Origin: Felis catus
Lineage: Eukaryota
Assembly: GCF_018350175.1 (NCBI RefSeq)
Contig: NC_058368.1
Coordinates: forward strand, 19,532,001-19,596,000
DNA: 64,000 bases
Direction: 5' to 3'
In this document: in pieces, positions 12,450-25,994 of the stretch
Layout: each line of letters opens with the position of its first letter
Position numbering within the stretch: the first letter of the stretch is position 1
Translations under genes and position numbers: made by a program
Notes under the pieces: model-generated
The model's database searches: none
What the model saw: the letters and a program-made list of their open reading frames with translations, nothing else
What the model was told of the DNA's origin: nothing

Positions 12450-12853
12450 GGTCTTTTTGGTTTACGGAGCTGGTTCCACTGGATATCCAAGTGGAAAGAA
12501 ATTAACTCTAACTCTTACCTCTTACCTACACAAAGTTAAAATGCAGGTATCATAGGCCTGATGGGGAAGTTCATTAAAATAGCAGCTTCTAGAAGAAAGC
12601 AGCATGAACATTTTCACTGTTTAGGTAGCACGAAACATACTAACCATGAAAGTTGGTTTAGTTGGTTGATAAGTCAGACCTCATTAACATTCGGGACTTC
12701 TTTTATCAAAAGAGACACCATTAGATGAGAGTGTAGGTATGGAGCACAGGCCGGGAGCAGATACTTGCAGTGCGGACCCACGGCAAGGATTCGTGTCCAG
12801 AGTACGTACAGGACGTAGGCAAACGATAAGAAAAAGGCAAACAACTCAATAAA
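12450..12853 (+). mobile_element. Old L1 ORF2 3' fragment
   Basis: ttgataagtcagacctcattaaca...gtgtccagagta...ataagaaaaaggcaaacaactcaataaa resembles L1 consensus. Confidence 0.65.
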
Positions 12854-13000
12854 GGTGTGTTGGGTTGTTTTGATTGTTGTAGGGAAGGAGTGAAGGACTG
12901 CTAACCAGAATGTGACCGTGGTTAAAGGGACAGATCCTGGAGGTAGAGACCTGGTTTAGAAATAGCTTCATTACTTATCACCTGAGGAATTCGGGGCACA

Positions 13001-13226
13001 TTTTTTTTTTAATTTTTTTTTTCAACGTTTTTTATTTATTTTTGGGACAGAGAGAGACAGAGCATGAACGGGGGAGGGGCAGAGAGAGGGAGACACAGAA
13101 TTGGAAACAGGCTCCAGGCTCCGAGCCATCAGCCCGGAGCCTGACGCGGGGCTCGAACTCACGGACCACGAGATCGTGACCTGGCTGAAGTCGGACACTT
13201 AACCGACTGCGCCACCCAGGCGCCCC
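13001..13226 (-). mobile_element. Young feliform CAN-SINE (SINEC_Fc1-like)
   Basis: Full length, CpG-rich, perfect TSD tcggggcacattttt. Confidence 0.95.
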
Positions 13227-13258
13227 TCGGGGCACATTTTTAAATTTCTTGTAACTCA

Positions 13259-13466
13259 GGGGTGCCTGGGTGGCTTAGTCGGTTAAGCATCTGACTTCAG
13301 CTCAGGTCATAAACTCGCGGTTCTTGAGTTCTAGCCCCCCGTGGGGCTCTGTGCTGACAGCTCGGAGCCTGGAGCCTGCTTCTGATTCTGGGTCTCCCTC
13401 TCTCTCTCTTCCTCCCCCACTTGCACTCTGTCTCTCTCTCTCTCAAAAATAAAGAATAAAAAAAAA
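13259..13466 (+). mobile_element. Feliform CAN-SINE
   Basis: Full length; TSD tttctt(g/c)taactcag. Confidence 0.94.
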
Positions 13467-13808
13467 TTTTCTTCTAACTCAGTTCTTTATAAAATGGGGG
13501 CGATAGTCCTATGTACCACAGCTGTTTTAAAGGACGTGTGCTTCGCAGAGGGCCTGGTGAGTTCTTCTTGTTGTCATCATCTAATTAGAGCACTCATCCA
13601 ACTGGAGCATTCCATTCTTGAGTATTGGCATCTTTTCATGTGTCTGTCACTGTGTGCCTGTGTCTCTAGTTGTGGGGAGGTGGGGGACAGTGATGGAAAC
13701 ACCAACCTTCATGGAGCTGTTTCAAGAACTTTGTCAGGCTTGAACCTCCTGTTGTAAAAACAGTTCTTTGTTCTTTTAATCTGAATGATTTCTTCCATTT
13801 TATCCTAG

Positions 13809-14066
13809 AAAACTGTTACAGCAACCATGTTGGCAACCGCAGCGCAGGTAATTCCACAGTGCACACCACAGCTGGCGGACCTGTGTCTGTGCAGGGAACG
13901 GCTCCCCATGCTGGGGGGCTCCCTAAGAACCACAACCCCGGCAGCTCGTCCAAGTCCCCGCAGGCCTCTACAGCAGTGGCACCGCAGAAGTGCTTTTTAC
14001 AGATCACAGGCATGACCTGTGCATCCTGTGTGTCTAACATAGAGAGAAACCTTCAGAAAGAGGCAG
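13809..14066 (+). CDS. ATP7B: ATP7B exon 3 (258 nt; MBD5 start)
   Basis: cctag|AAAACT...GCAG|gtaagc; [26 protein letters not shown]. Confidence 0.96.
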
Positions 14067-14984
14067 GTAAGCCATCTACACACTGAACTGGGGAAGCTGC
14101 GTGTAGGCTGTGAGCCCCTGCGGTCAGCAGAATGGGCACTGTGCTCTCCCTTCACAATCCTCATTGACTCAGTTTGTCAGCAGCCCTGATACTCTGGCAG
14201 CAAGTTCATTAGGTGATGGTAGAGATGTTTGTCTGATGTTCTTGGGCCATTGGCATTCTGCTGCTTAGGAAGTGTTTAGTTTGTTTAAGATAAAATGTCT
14301 CCGAGTAAGTTAGTGAGGGGCAGTCCAGTTTAAAGGTCAGGGACATTCCGTGGGTAACTTCCTCAGCTTGTCCTAGTGGTGGTCTTTATCTCCTCCACCC
14401 CCACCCCCAGTCCCATCCATCAGCCTCCAGCTAGCACATGAATACGTAGCCTGCAGTTTGCAGAGAAGTTGCAATTTTGAATATTCTGTCCTTTGTCCCT
14501 GTAAATCATAGAGTGTTAACGGAAGTGCCCAAGTTTTGTCCTCTGGACTACATTTCCAGTACTGTCTCTGAAACCTGAAAGTGCAACAAAGATCCTGTCC
14601 GCTTTTGTTTGGAAAATATCTTAACCGTGACGACCTTGCCACCGGAGTCCCTTTCTCTCTTTCCATGTATCTCTCTGCTCAGATTCCTTGGCCATCACAG
14701 CCAGCCCCAAATTAGGATGATGTGTCTCCAGCCTCTTGTTCCCTATGTTTTATCGTGGCTGGAGCTCTAGAAAGACTCTTCTCAAATTTAGGTATTCTAA
14801 GAGTTTCTTTGTCATCCATGGGCTGGCTGTTCATAAAATATCCTACATCTCATGGTTCCTGTGTTTCTTTTCCTGACTTGCAGCCCTCATTTTTATTCCT
14901 TATGGCATCCTCTCTAAAGCACGTTTCTTTCTTTTATGTGAATGAGTCTTATTTTCCCCCTCAAACTCACAAATAATCTCACTG

Positions 14985-15440
14985 GATATGCAATGGCATC
15001 ATGTCCCAGTCAATGCATCGTATGTTAAAAATATTGCAAGTCAAAAATGCATTAAAGCCTCGATGGCTCAGTCAGTTAAGCATCAGACTCTTGGTTTCGG
15101 CTCAGGTTCACAGCCCCATGTTGGGCTCTGTGCTGATAGTACGGACCCTGCTTGGGATTCTCTCCCTCCCTCTCTCTCTGCCCCTCCCCCCTACAAAAAT
15201 GCATGAACAGTTAAAAAAATGCGTTTAATACACCTAACCGACCAAACATCATAGCTTGGCCGAGCCACCCTGAAATGTGTCAGAATGTGTATCTGTCGCT
15301 CATTGTCATGATGGCGTAGCCCCAGGAAAGATCCAAATCCAAATCTGAAGTCTGGTTTCTAACGAATGTGTATCACTCTCGCACCAAAATGAAGTTGAAA
15401 ATGTTTAAGCCAAATTAATTGTAAGTCGGGGTGGTCTGTA
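14985..15440. mobile_element. TcMar-Tigger MITE (MER47-like)
   Basis: aaaatgcgtttaatacacctaaccgaccaaacatcatagctt and gtaagtcggggtggtctgta terminus. Confidence 0.7.
15058..15200 (+). mobile_element. Degenerate CAN-SINE nested in a Tigger-type MITE
   Basis: tggctcagtcagttaagcatcagactcttgg...ctgcttgggattctctc. Confidence 0.8.
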
Positions 15441-15694
15441 ATCTGTAGGATTTCTCTTCCACTTCTGAATGGGATCAGAGCCTGAAAAAGAGGAAGGAAA
15501 ACCACTTTTGAAAGAATTTTTTTCTCCGTGTATGAAAAGTGTCTGAGGGAAAAGGACACCATTTAGCTGACATTTAGTAGTTGCCGGCTGCAGACTGTAT
15601 GTATCTCTTGCTGTGAGGTGTGGACACGGTCCGTGTCTTCTCCAGCCTGACTCAAAGCCACCCACCCCACCCCCCACCCCACCCTGCTGCCATC

Positions 15695-16015
15695 CCGGGG
15701 CCAGCAGCACAGGCATCACCTGGGAGCCGGGTGGACCTACAGAACCTCAGACCCACTCCAAACCTACTGAGCTGGAATCTGTAGTTTATCAAGGTCCTCG
15801 GTTGATTTGCCCATCAACGTGTGAGGAGTGCTGTTCTAGAACAGTGGTTCTCACACTTGGCTGGTACGTTAAAGTCGCCTGGGGAGCTTTACAAAAAGAT
15901 GCCTGGCACCCACCCTGAGGGGTCCTGGTTTAACTGGTTTGGGTTTGGGGCCAGGCATGGTGCTCGTTAAAAGGCCAAGTGATCCTAAAGTGCAGTCCGG
16001 TTTGAGAACTCCTGT
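15695..16015. mobile_element. Two adjacent MER5-type hAT-Charlie elements
   Basis: ggcatcacctgggagc...aacctactga...; cagtggttctca...tttgagaactcctg. Confidence 0.7.
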
Positions 16016-16120
16016 TCTAGAGGCTTCTGGGAGCAGATGTGTTTCTTTGTTAGGTTGTGTTGAATGTGTCATCCCAGAGGCCCTGCCTGGAGTGTTGTAA
16101 CTGTGGCCCGACGGTTCCAG

Positions 16121-16284
16121 GTATTCTCTCGGTGCTGGTCGCCTTGATGGCTGGAAAGGCAGAGGTTAAGTACAATCCGGAAGTCATCCAGCCGCTGGAG
16201 ATAGCTCAGCTCATCCAGGACTTGGGCTTTGAGGCTTCGGTAATGGAAAACTACACAGGCTCAGATGGTGACCTCGAGCTGATC
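16121..16284 (+). CDS. ATP7B: ATP7B exon 4 (164 nt)
   Basis: ttccag|GTATTC...GATC|gtaagt; [27 protein letters not shown]. Confidence 0.96.
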
Positions 16285-17320
16285 GTAAGTGTAGCGGCCG
16301 GGCGGGCGCTGGGCCAAGAGGGCTGCAGGCATCTGACAGGGGCCGGGAAACTTCTCCCATTTTGCACGTATGCTGTGTGTTGTCGGAGTTGCGTTCTCCT
16401 TTGAAGCCAACGACAACGACCTGTTCATTTTGAGCAGGAATGTCAGTTATATCACAGAGTCTTAGAGGTACATCCCACTGGGCGCCTTCAAGGTGTGAGG
16501 AGGAGGAGCAGGTGGGTGACGGGAATGTAGGAGGAAGAGGAACTAAACATGGCAGCCACCCAGAGCTTGGTTTTGAGAGAGTTGAATATGACCACATTCC
16601 ATAAGGCCCAGAGGGAAGCTAGAATGCAGAGATGTGGCAAGGCCAGGGGAGGTGAGTCGGTGTGGTAGCCAGTGTCAACCAGCGCCACCACAGCGGGGGA
16701 GGGCCAGCTCGTAGGCACAGGGGTGTCTAGAAGGTAATTGGCGACCGGCGTCCTGAAGCACACAATCCAAGATGAACGGTAAGGATGGTTGCTGTGCCTA
16801 GTGTGGGCGGGGAGGGGATGGTACGGGCCTCGTTTTTCCTGTCTGTCTACTGTCATCTGCACATGACCGCAAATCACTGAAACATTGGGTATATCTAGTA
16901 TTTCCGATATGCTGTGTTCACAGGCACTTCCGTACAAAGCTTTTTATGTGTAAATAAGGGGAGACTGTGAGTAATGCTGTTTTACTGAGGTTAAGGGGTC
17001 TTGCTTCCTTAACTGTGTTCAGTTACTGCTGTTAGTAGTAAGTAAATGTTTAAAGAGTACTAAGGACACGAGTGGCACTTTGAGCTCTTGATAAGTGACA
17101 TTCTTTGTAGAGCAAACCCTTTGCCCTGGACAGGCCTCCCAGTGTGTGGTCAGGTAACACGACCTGCTCTCTGGGTTCTAGCCCCGGTCATGCCCTCCAC
17201 AGGAGCAGGACCCTCGCTGCAGACCCTCGGCCCCAAGGGGATGCCTCTGTCTCTCTCAGACTACTGTGGAAAATCTAGATCACAAATATTATTGGGAAAG
17301 GTGAAAACATTAAAAAAAGA

Positions 17321-17527
17321 TTGTTTTTCATGTTTATTTGTTTTTGAGAGAGACAGAGACAGAGCATGAGCACGGGGAGGCAGAGAGAGGGAGACACAGA
17401 ATCTGAAACAGGCCCCAGGCTCTGAGCTGTCAGTACAGAGCCCCAAGCAGGGCTTGAGCCCATGGACCTCGAGGTCGTGACCTGACCAAAGTCAGACGCT
17501 TAACCAACTGAGCCACCCAGGCACCCC
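17321..17527 (-). mobile_element. Feliform CAN-SINE
   Basis: TSD ggtgaaaacatt. Confidence 0.93.
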
Positions 17528-18063
17528 GGTGAAAACATTTTTTGAACAGTGTTTTTTATCTTAAACTGAGCAGTATCAGTTATATCGTTATCACATGCTC
17601 AGACACCGGACATTTTATGTCTGTATTTAATTAGTATTCTGGGAAATGTTGACCTCTGATACTTGGAAGAGTGACTCATCTGACTTGCCTAAATACATAT
17701 CCAGGGATGGCATGTCTCACTCCATGATGTGAAGACATGCATCATGGCGTGGCAACAGTGGCCTCACGGAGAGGGTAGGGTGGCTCACGAAAGCCCATCA
17801 CTGTCAGAGCTGGAAGTGAAGCCGCGGTCTGTTGCCATCTGCTCAGTGACTGGCTACGTCTCTTGTCCCCGAGTTCGGGAAGAAGCACTGTTTCTATGCC
17901 CACAGCCCCTGGGGGAATGTTCCGGGTGAAAGTCCTGCACACAGGTCTGGAGGTGGGAGTCCAGGGCCTCAGGAAGGGTGCTGTGGAAGGAGGAAGGGCT
18001 CGTGGCTGCCTGTTAACCCAGCCCCCCATGTGCCTTTGACGGGATCCTCTCAGTCCTGAGTAG

Positions 18064-18381
<318 letters not shown>

Positions 18382-20358
18382 TGACCAAAAAAATTAAAAA
18401 GAAAAAAGTCACCTAACCTCTCCTTCAGGTTTTCCGATGGGAATAAAGGTGGATCGCTTTAAAATAAACTGTGAAATCAAGTCAATATCAGACAGTCTGA
18501 GGGTGAAGATCAGTGAATGGGTAAGAAAAAGGATATTATTGTCTTAATTGCAGATATTCCTGGAGAAACATCAGTATCAGCAGGATACCTGGCACATGGG
18601 GTTTAATTACCTAATTATAATTTTGAAGTATTATTTAAGCCTGGACCAAACATCTCTAGACCGAAGGATTGTTGGAAATGAGACGAATTGTACTGCGTAT
18701 TACCACTATGTCAGGGCTGCTCGTTGATGGGAGGGTTTGGTCGTTTCTCTTTTGGAAAATTACTTAGTGTTCATGCACTCCCTACCTCTGTTCCCTCCCT
18801 CGCTTTGTCCACAGACACCGCCATTTCCTTTTTAAGGCCCGTATTCTACCACACCGTGAGCGGGTGAACATTAGTGCTGAGCTGAATGGGTGAAGATAGG
18901 CAAAACTGAGCGAGATTAACTCGTAATAACTGATGGTCAGGATAAATGGAGTTCAGCAGGACGTTCTAGCACAGGGAAGCATCTTGGGGCAGGCCTGAAG
19001 TTGTCATTCATTTTCTCTTCACTGCGCGCGTGTTTAAGGGAGATGTTGTCTGCTGTGTGGCTTAGCAGAGCTCTTTGATGTGTGTTATTTAGGCTGCTGC
19101 CGCTGCTGCTAATAATTCTGTCCTAGAGGCACACAACACAGCTTCTTTATCAGATGGAGAAAGATCCCCAGAGAGGTTAAGTGACTTTGCTCGCTGGTAC
19201 CCAGCTAAAGGTTGCAGGACTGGCCCTCAAACCCAGACCTGACAGTTCCAAGCTCAGCGGCCTTTCGAGTTTTGCCACACCACAGGTCTTACAGAACAGC
19301 AGTGATGTGGCCCCGATGAGGCTAAGAAGTCAGACTGTTGTGCTCATAGGCGGGAGAGTCCCAGGTGGTGCTTTGAGCACATGTCAGTCACCCTTCTTAC
19401 TTACCATGCCCGTCCCGGCCCCCATTCTGCCCGCCGATCTCAGGGCGGTGCCGCCTTTATCCGTGTCTGAGGAATATTGCCAATGTCTGGCCTCCGTTCT
19501 TGCATCTCTGGTGCATCTTTTCCTAATGTAATTAGGTTGGTATTAGTCGTAAAAGGATTTGTCTTTACACGGTCCTAGACGCTCTTTCTCCAACCAGAAC
19601 TTTTAATTTTTGTGTGAAATCCCAAAGAGTCCGAGGCCCCTCTTTATATTGTGCTGACTCTTGGGACATTTCCTGACAGCTTTTCCTGTGCAATTTCATA
19701 AAGGGGTCAGATCAAATAAGGAAGAGAGGGTCAGGGAGCGAGGCGGTGCAAGAAACGCTGAAAAGGACCAGCAGATTGCGGTGCAGTCCCCATCTGGCTT
19801 CAGTGGGAGCCGCAGCGTGCAGGTGTTGAGGGAGCCAGGGTCTGCTCAGTGGGAAGGGGCCTGGGCTGGGAGTCCGGAGACCTGAGCACCGAGCACTGGG
19901 CCTCGCTCTTCTGACAGCACGATGGCTCTGGGCAGGATCTCTGACCTCTGACCTTCAGTTTCCTCATGCAGGGAATGAGTGACGGCCCCTGACCCCTCCA
20001 CGTTTGGGGTTCTTCACACAGCAGTTCCGTGTGTCTAATTCAGCATTGATCAGCCTCGGGGCATGCTGAAGTTTCTTCCAGAACCTGCTGCCTTAGCCCA
20101 CAGAAGGAATAGGAGTCGCCGTCTGGGGCCACCTCCTTGGGGATGACACAGTCTGTGAGCATAGCTGGTGCTGGACCTCTGACAGGACTTGTAGTATGAT
20201 TTGGGAACGGAAGTCATGAACGGAAAAACCAATCCAGTCTTTTGAGCGATTTTCGAATGACTTTCTAATTTCAAAAGATGTAAAATGCTTTCTACCAACG
20301 CATGTTTTAACCAAGTGCCTTCCTCCCTCTTTCTCACTTTTCTTTTTTTAATAACAAG

Positions 20359-20435
20359 GAAATCGGCTTTCATGCTTCCCCGGCCCAGAGAAACCCCAAC
20401 GTGCATCACTTGGACCACAAGGTGGAAATAAAGCA
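20359..20435 (+). CDS. ATP7B: ATP7B exon 6 (77 nt)
   Basis: acaag|GAAATC...AAGCA|gtaggt; [25 protein letters not shown]. Confidence 0.95.
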
Positions 20436-20614
20436 GTAGGTAGAACAGAAAAGATACACTGCATCTCTTGTCTAAGGGTCCCCCGCTCCGCCCGCCCCAC
20501 TGGGCCCAACTGCCTCGTTCTGTGCTTAAGGGTGTCCCTGCCCGCCTGGTTTCCCACAGTGCCGTCCACATGGACTAGCTGCCTTACTACCCTTGTGACA
20601 TTAACCCTCTAGAA

Positions 20615-20801
20615 GAGCGCTGTCCCGACAGACCTCCTCGCGATGACAGAAGTGTTCTCTACCCTCAGGGCCCAGTCTGGGAGCCACCAGCTGCTGAGCT
20701 GTTCATGGGACTAAGGAACTGAGTTTTTAATTTCATTTGATCTTAACTGATTTTAATTTAGATAGCCACTTACAGCTGGTGGCTAACAGACAGGACAGCA
20801 C
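20615..20801. mobile_element. MER3-like hAT-Charlie element
   Basis: gcgctgtcc...aaggaactgagtttttaatttcattt...atagccac...ggacagcac. Confidence 0.65.
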
Positions 20802-21517
20802 TTAAGTTGGGATGGGAGGGAGAGGGTGTGGGTTTTTCCTTTTACAACACACTATCTTAAGACTTTATTTGAAAGGGTTCTAGAAGTGGGGTCTGAGGGC
20901 AGGAAGCATGGTCACTGGAAAGAAAATGGCCTGGGAAGAAGGAGGCCTGAGTTTATTCGTTGATGCAGATGTGCACTTAGTCATTCAGCAAACACACGGG
21001 CACTGTCGTATGTAGGGCGCTATGCCTGGTGTTAGGAATGAGTGGGATACTGTCACAGCTGGGCTAGGAAAGAGTGGGTGGGCGGTGGATCAGGTGGGTT
21101 AAGGGGGTCTGGGAAGCCAACTAGCAGGAGACACATGATCTGAGCCTCAAGGAATGAGTGGAAGTTTGCCAGGCAGTGGAGGTGGGGGTTGAGGTGAGAG
21201 TTCTCAAGGGGCATGGAGGCGACAGCGGGGGGTGCCCTCAGGGACTCCTGTCCTTTGCTCTGGTTGGCATGCCTGGAGGAGGCAAGGACTGAAAGGAGAT
21301 GCACCTGGAAGGCCAGCGGCCGGGCTAATTCCAGGGCCCTGGCGGCAGCCTGAGAGTGTAGACTTCAGTGTTGTAGGCCAGGGTCTGTGGGCCAGGGTGG
21401 AGATGTGTCAGAGCTTCCACAACAGTCGGTGGGAATTGCATGGATGCTGACGCTGACAGGAGACCAGAGCTGTCACCGTGGTGTCCATCGAGAATGCTTT
21501 ACGGTTCTCACTGACTC

Positions 21518-21738
21518 TTTAATTTGTTTTAATATTTATTATTTTGAGAGAGAGAGAGACAGAGAGAGAGTGTGAGCGGGGGAGGGGCAGAGAGAGTGGG
21601 AGTCACAGAATCGGAAGCAGGCTCCAGGCTCTGAGCTGTCAGCACAGAGCCTGATGGCGGGGCTTGAACCCACAGACGGCAAGATCATGACCTGAGCCGA
21701 AGACGGACGCTTAACCGACTGAGCCACCCAGGCGCCCC
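21518..21738 (-). mobile_element. Feliform CAN-SINE
   Basis: TSD tcactgactct. Confidence 0.93.
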
Positions 21739-22196
21739 AGTCACTGACTCTATTTTGAAGGTCAAACGTATAAGTATGTTCATACTAATACAATTTTGCT
21801 CTTATCTGCTTTTTACTTGGGAGTCTGTATAAGATTTTATTTTGAAGAAAGAGCAGCAGGCAGCCATATGGACTGGGATGTTCAACTTCCTGGGTCTAGA
21901 TTCTCAGTTCTGGGCCTCCGTTGCCTCCCCTAGAGATTAGAGGCAACAGGTCAGCCATGGGCAGGGAGAGGCTGTCTGTATGTCCCTGGAACAGCCCTGA
22001 GAAGTGTGAACGTTCAGATATCCTCTCAGGTGGCGGGATTCAGGGAGAGAACCTTCCCTTCATTTTCGTACCCTTGGCCGTCCGTCCCAGACGTGTGCCA
22101 AAGGCAAGTCTTAACCTGAGCCCCCAGGAGGAGACTAGCCCATAACCCAGCTGGCAGGTGACAGCTAATAGGTTGCTGTGCTGCTTTGTTCTGCAG

Positions 22197-22371
22197 GTGG
22201 AAGAAGTCTTTTCTGTGCAGCCTGATGTTTGGCATCCCTGTTATGGGTTTAATGATCTATATGTTGGTGCCCAGCAACGAGCCCCACGAGACAATGGTCC
22301 TGGACCACAACATCGTTCCAGGACTGTCCATTCTAAATCTCATCTTCTTTATCCTGTGCACCTTCGTCCAG
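22197..22371 (+). CDS. ATP7B: ATP7B exon 7 (175 nt; TMA/TMB)
   Basis: ctgcag|GTGGAAG...CAG|gtgggt; [22 protein letters not shown]. Confidence 0.96.
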
Positions 22372-22689
22372 GTGGGTATCTTCCCTCCCTGCCTCTGTGT
22401 GGCCAGCAGATTCTCTGCCCTGTCATGCCAGACACAGCCCATCAGCTTGGCTTAGGCGGCATTTTATCACAGCTTTCCTGCAGGGGCTGCTGTTTTCCTT
22501 TAGGACCTGCGGGGGGCACTGAAAGGACCAGGTTTCGCTGTCACTTTCACAGTGGTTGTAGGTGGTTGTAGGTGTTGGTGACGCTGTGTGTCCCGTATTT
22601 GTTTATTGTTTAGTTTGCACTGCCTTTGTTGTCAAAAGCAGTGGCTCGTGCCCCGAATGACAGGGCTGTGGTTCTGAGGAAATTATAAT

Positions 22690-22909
22690 TTATTAAAAAA
22701 TTGTTTCTAACGTTTATTTATTTTTGAGAGACAGAGACAGAGCATGAGCAGGGGAGGGGCACAGAGAGAGGGAGACGCAGAATCCGAAGCAGGCTCCAGG
22801 CTCCGAGCTGTCAGCAGAGAGCCCGACGCGGGGCTCGGACCCACGAGCCGTGAGATTGTGACCTGGGCCAAAGTTGGACGCTTAACTGAATGAGCCACCC
22901 AGGTGCCCC
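22690..22909 (-). mobile_element. Feliform CAN-SINE
   Basis: TSD ctgaggaaattataattt. Confidence 0.93.
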
Positions 22910-23376
22910 CTGAGGAAATTATAATTTAGAAGAGATGGGCCTGCTGGAGCTTCTCCTCTAGGAACGATATTTAGGAGCTGGCTGTGTTTCTGGTGGGAAG
23001 TGTGCCCTCCCATCTGTTTTAGAATAAAAAATAAAACTCCTGAGGTAACGTGAGAATGTCTCTGGTTTAAGACTGAGTGTAATTATTTGTCAGCTGAATT
23101 TGCTTTTCTCTGTATTTTCTTTTTAATTATAAATGTAATATATATTTATTGTAGATAATCCAAACCATACTGAGGTAGGAGAAGCAAAGGGGAAGATATT
23201 CTTTCGCTAGAATCATACCCTGCCTCCAGCCCAATCCTTTTCCCCAGGGTTACCTTAGTATTATTACTGGTTGGGCGTGCGTGTTTACAGATCTTCATCT
23301 ATGTAGAAAAAATACTCATTTTCACGTATATGTATGTGTGTACATGTTCACATAATATAGACACACGGACTTTGGG

Positions 23377-23595
23377 TTTTTTTTTAATTTTTTTTTAAAT
23401 GTTTATTTTTGAGACAGAGAGAGACAGAGCATGAACGGGGTAGGGTCAGAGAGAGAGGGAGACACAGAATCTGAAACAGGCTCCAGGCTCCGAGCTGTCA
23501 GCACAGAGCCTGTTGTGGGGCTCGAACTCATGGACCGCAAGATCATGACCTGAGCCGAAGTCGGACGCTTAACTGACTGAGCCACCCAGGCACCC
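23377..23595 (-). mobile_element. Feliform CAN-SINE
   Basis: TSD ggactttg. Confidence 0.93.
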
Positions 23596-24025
23596 TGGGA
23601 CTTTGTATTTTTTAACGGAAATAGGATCATACTAGATAAACTGATTTATAACTGGCTTTTTCACTTAACCATGTCTCATGGGCATCTTTCAGGTGAGTGG
23701 TTTATAGACCTAGCACACATCCTCTTTTGGGACTGCATAGCACTATCCATGTTATAAATGAACCATGATTGATGTCACCATTGCCACCGTTCTCTGCTGA
23801 TGGACATTCAGGTCATGTGCTGTGGGTTTGAAAGGTCCCCCATGACCTTGACCCTCCGTTCCTGTGGCCAGTAGTCTTATGAATCAGGAAATACTTTTCC
23901 TACATGTCACTCGCAGAGTAGAAAGTAATGTCTAAGCATTTGCAGCCCTGAGGGGCCTCCGGGTCTCTGGTTGCTCCTTGGACTGGATGCCTCCTCATGC
24001 ACTGTTGCTGTCCTCTGTCTTTCAG

Positions 24026-24259
24026 CTCCTTGGAGGGTGGTACTTCTACATCCAGGCCTACAGATCTCTGCGGCACGGGGCGGCCAACATGGACGTGCTC
24101 ATCGTGCTGGCCACGAGCATCGCCTATACCTACTCAGTCATCATCCTGGTGGTGGCCGTGGCTGAGAAGGCGGAGAGAAGCCCCGTGACCTTCTTTGACA
24201 CCCCCCCCATGCTCTTTGTGTTCATTGCCCTGGGCCGGTGGCTGGAACACGTGGCGAAG
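24026..24259 (+). CDS. ATP7B: ATP7B exon 8 (234 nt; TM segments)
   Basis: ttcag|CTCCTT...AAG|gtaact; LLGGWYFY...[10 protein letters not shown]...[20 protein letters not shown]. Confidence 0.97.
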
Positions 24260-24312
24260 GTAACTGCAGCTCCGGGGGAAAAAAAGAACTGTGTCTTCAG
24301 TAATATAAGTCT

Positions 24313-24465
24313 TAATTCATGTGAACGCCTTGTTTAGAATTACTAATTATACACAGTCTGGCAAAAGACTTAAAGAAATGTGAAACCGACATATAATTAG
24401 GTGTTCTGATCGCTAATCTCCAAACTGATTGCTACTTCTGAAATCCCAGCTAATCTGGTTAATTA
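24313..24465 (+). promoter_or_regulatory. Cluster of TAAT(C/T) homeodomain (PIRE/CRX-OTX type) sites; candidate PINA intronic promoter
   Basis: Seven sites at 24313, 24338 (reverse), 24344, 24394, 24414, 24451 and 24460 in intron 8. Confidence 0.5.
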
Positions 24466-24961
24466 CTGAAACCTTTATTCAGGCGTATTGTGTAATGAAA
24501 AGAACTCCGGATTTCAGGCCCGCACGTATACTGCCTCTTCGTACATAACTGAGTATTTGGCTCAGGAGTCTAGAAATCCATGTTTCCATCTTACAGTCAG
24601 GCCATATTTAACACCCTGCATTTTAATGTATTCTATAAAAGAGTAGGACTGAGGCCCTAAAAGAAATTAAATTGAACCTTAAAAAAAAAAAAAAAAAGAG
24701 GCAGTTAGTAGGCAGACTGGTCCTGTCTTTTCAGCTGAAATGTAATTCATAGAACTTGGTGGTATTGTACCTTCAGTGTGGAGATGACTGCAGTGAGTAA
24801 CATCCATCCTGGAGGAGCCTTTTGATGTGCACTGTGTCTGTGTTATGAGGGGTCGGCCTCTTTCCGCAGGGGTTTTCTCTGATACGCGCCTGGTAAGCAT
24901 TGGTCTGGGTTTGCACCGGTCAGCTTATGATAGCTTGTTTTCCATTCTGGCCGTTTCCTAG

Positions 24962-25141
<180 letters not shown>

Positions 25142-25774
25142 TAGACATTGTGGGGGCCAGCAAAGACTTGTGTGGCCAGGTCCATCCTGTTGATCCAGGT
25201 AATTAATAAGGCATTTACAGATTACAAGATCCACGAGAATTCAAGGTGGTGTGGTTTGCTGAATGACAAACGAGAGGTATAGGTGATTCGTGTCTCTGGA
25301 ATTGAGAAGAGGAACGCTAGGGGTGGTCAGAGAAAGCTTCACAGAGCACAGAGCACGGCCCACACGTTGGGCCTTCCTTGCAAGACCTGAGGATTTACAA
25401 GGCTGAGGGATGAGGTTCAACTTGCCAAGGAATACAGATGGGAGAAGTATTTTTCTTCTTCATATAGTTAGCAGATACTAAAAATAATATGGTGGTTATT
25501 ATTATTGCTGGAACTTATATAGCATTTATTGTCTGTCAGACACTTTTAACCTCTTTGTATTACATCTAAATTAAAAAAAAAAAAACTGTAGGAGGAAGGG
25601 GCTATTATTACCTTTATTTTGCAGATGAGGAAAGTGAAGTTCAAAAAGGCTAAGCAAGTGGCCTAAAGTCACACAGGTATTCAGTAGTAGAATTGAGTTA
25701 TAACCCAAGCTCTTGGTTCCACAGCCCATATTCTTAACCCTTACACATACTGGCTTTTAAGGCATATTTGCTTA

Positions 25775-25994
25775 TTTTTTTAAAAAAAATTTTTATGTTT
25801 TCTTATTTTAGAGAGAGAAAGACAGAGCATGAGTGGGTTAGGGGCAGAGAGAGAGGGAGACACAGAATCCGAAGCGGGCTCCAGGCTCTGAGCTGTCAGC
25901 ACAGAGCCCGACGTGGAGCTCGAACTCACGAACTGTGAGATCATGACCTGAGCCAAAGCCAGATGCTTAACTGACTGAGCCACCCAGGCACTCC
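25775..25994 (-). mobile_element. Feliform CAN-SINE
   Basis: TSD gcatattt. Confidence 0.93.

Larger units (their letters stand above)
12910..13560 (+). mobile_element. MIR interrupted by two CAN-SINEs
   Basis: gtggttaaaggg...ttacttatcacctg...ctcagtt...taaaatgggg MIR core on both sides of the SINEs. Confidence 0.6.
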
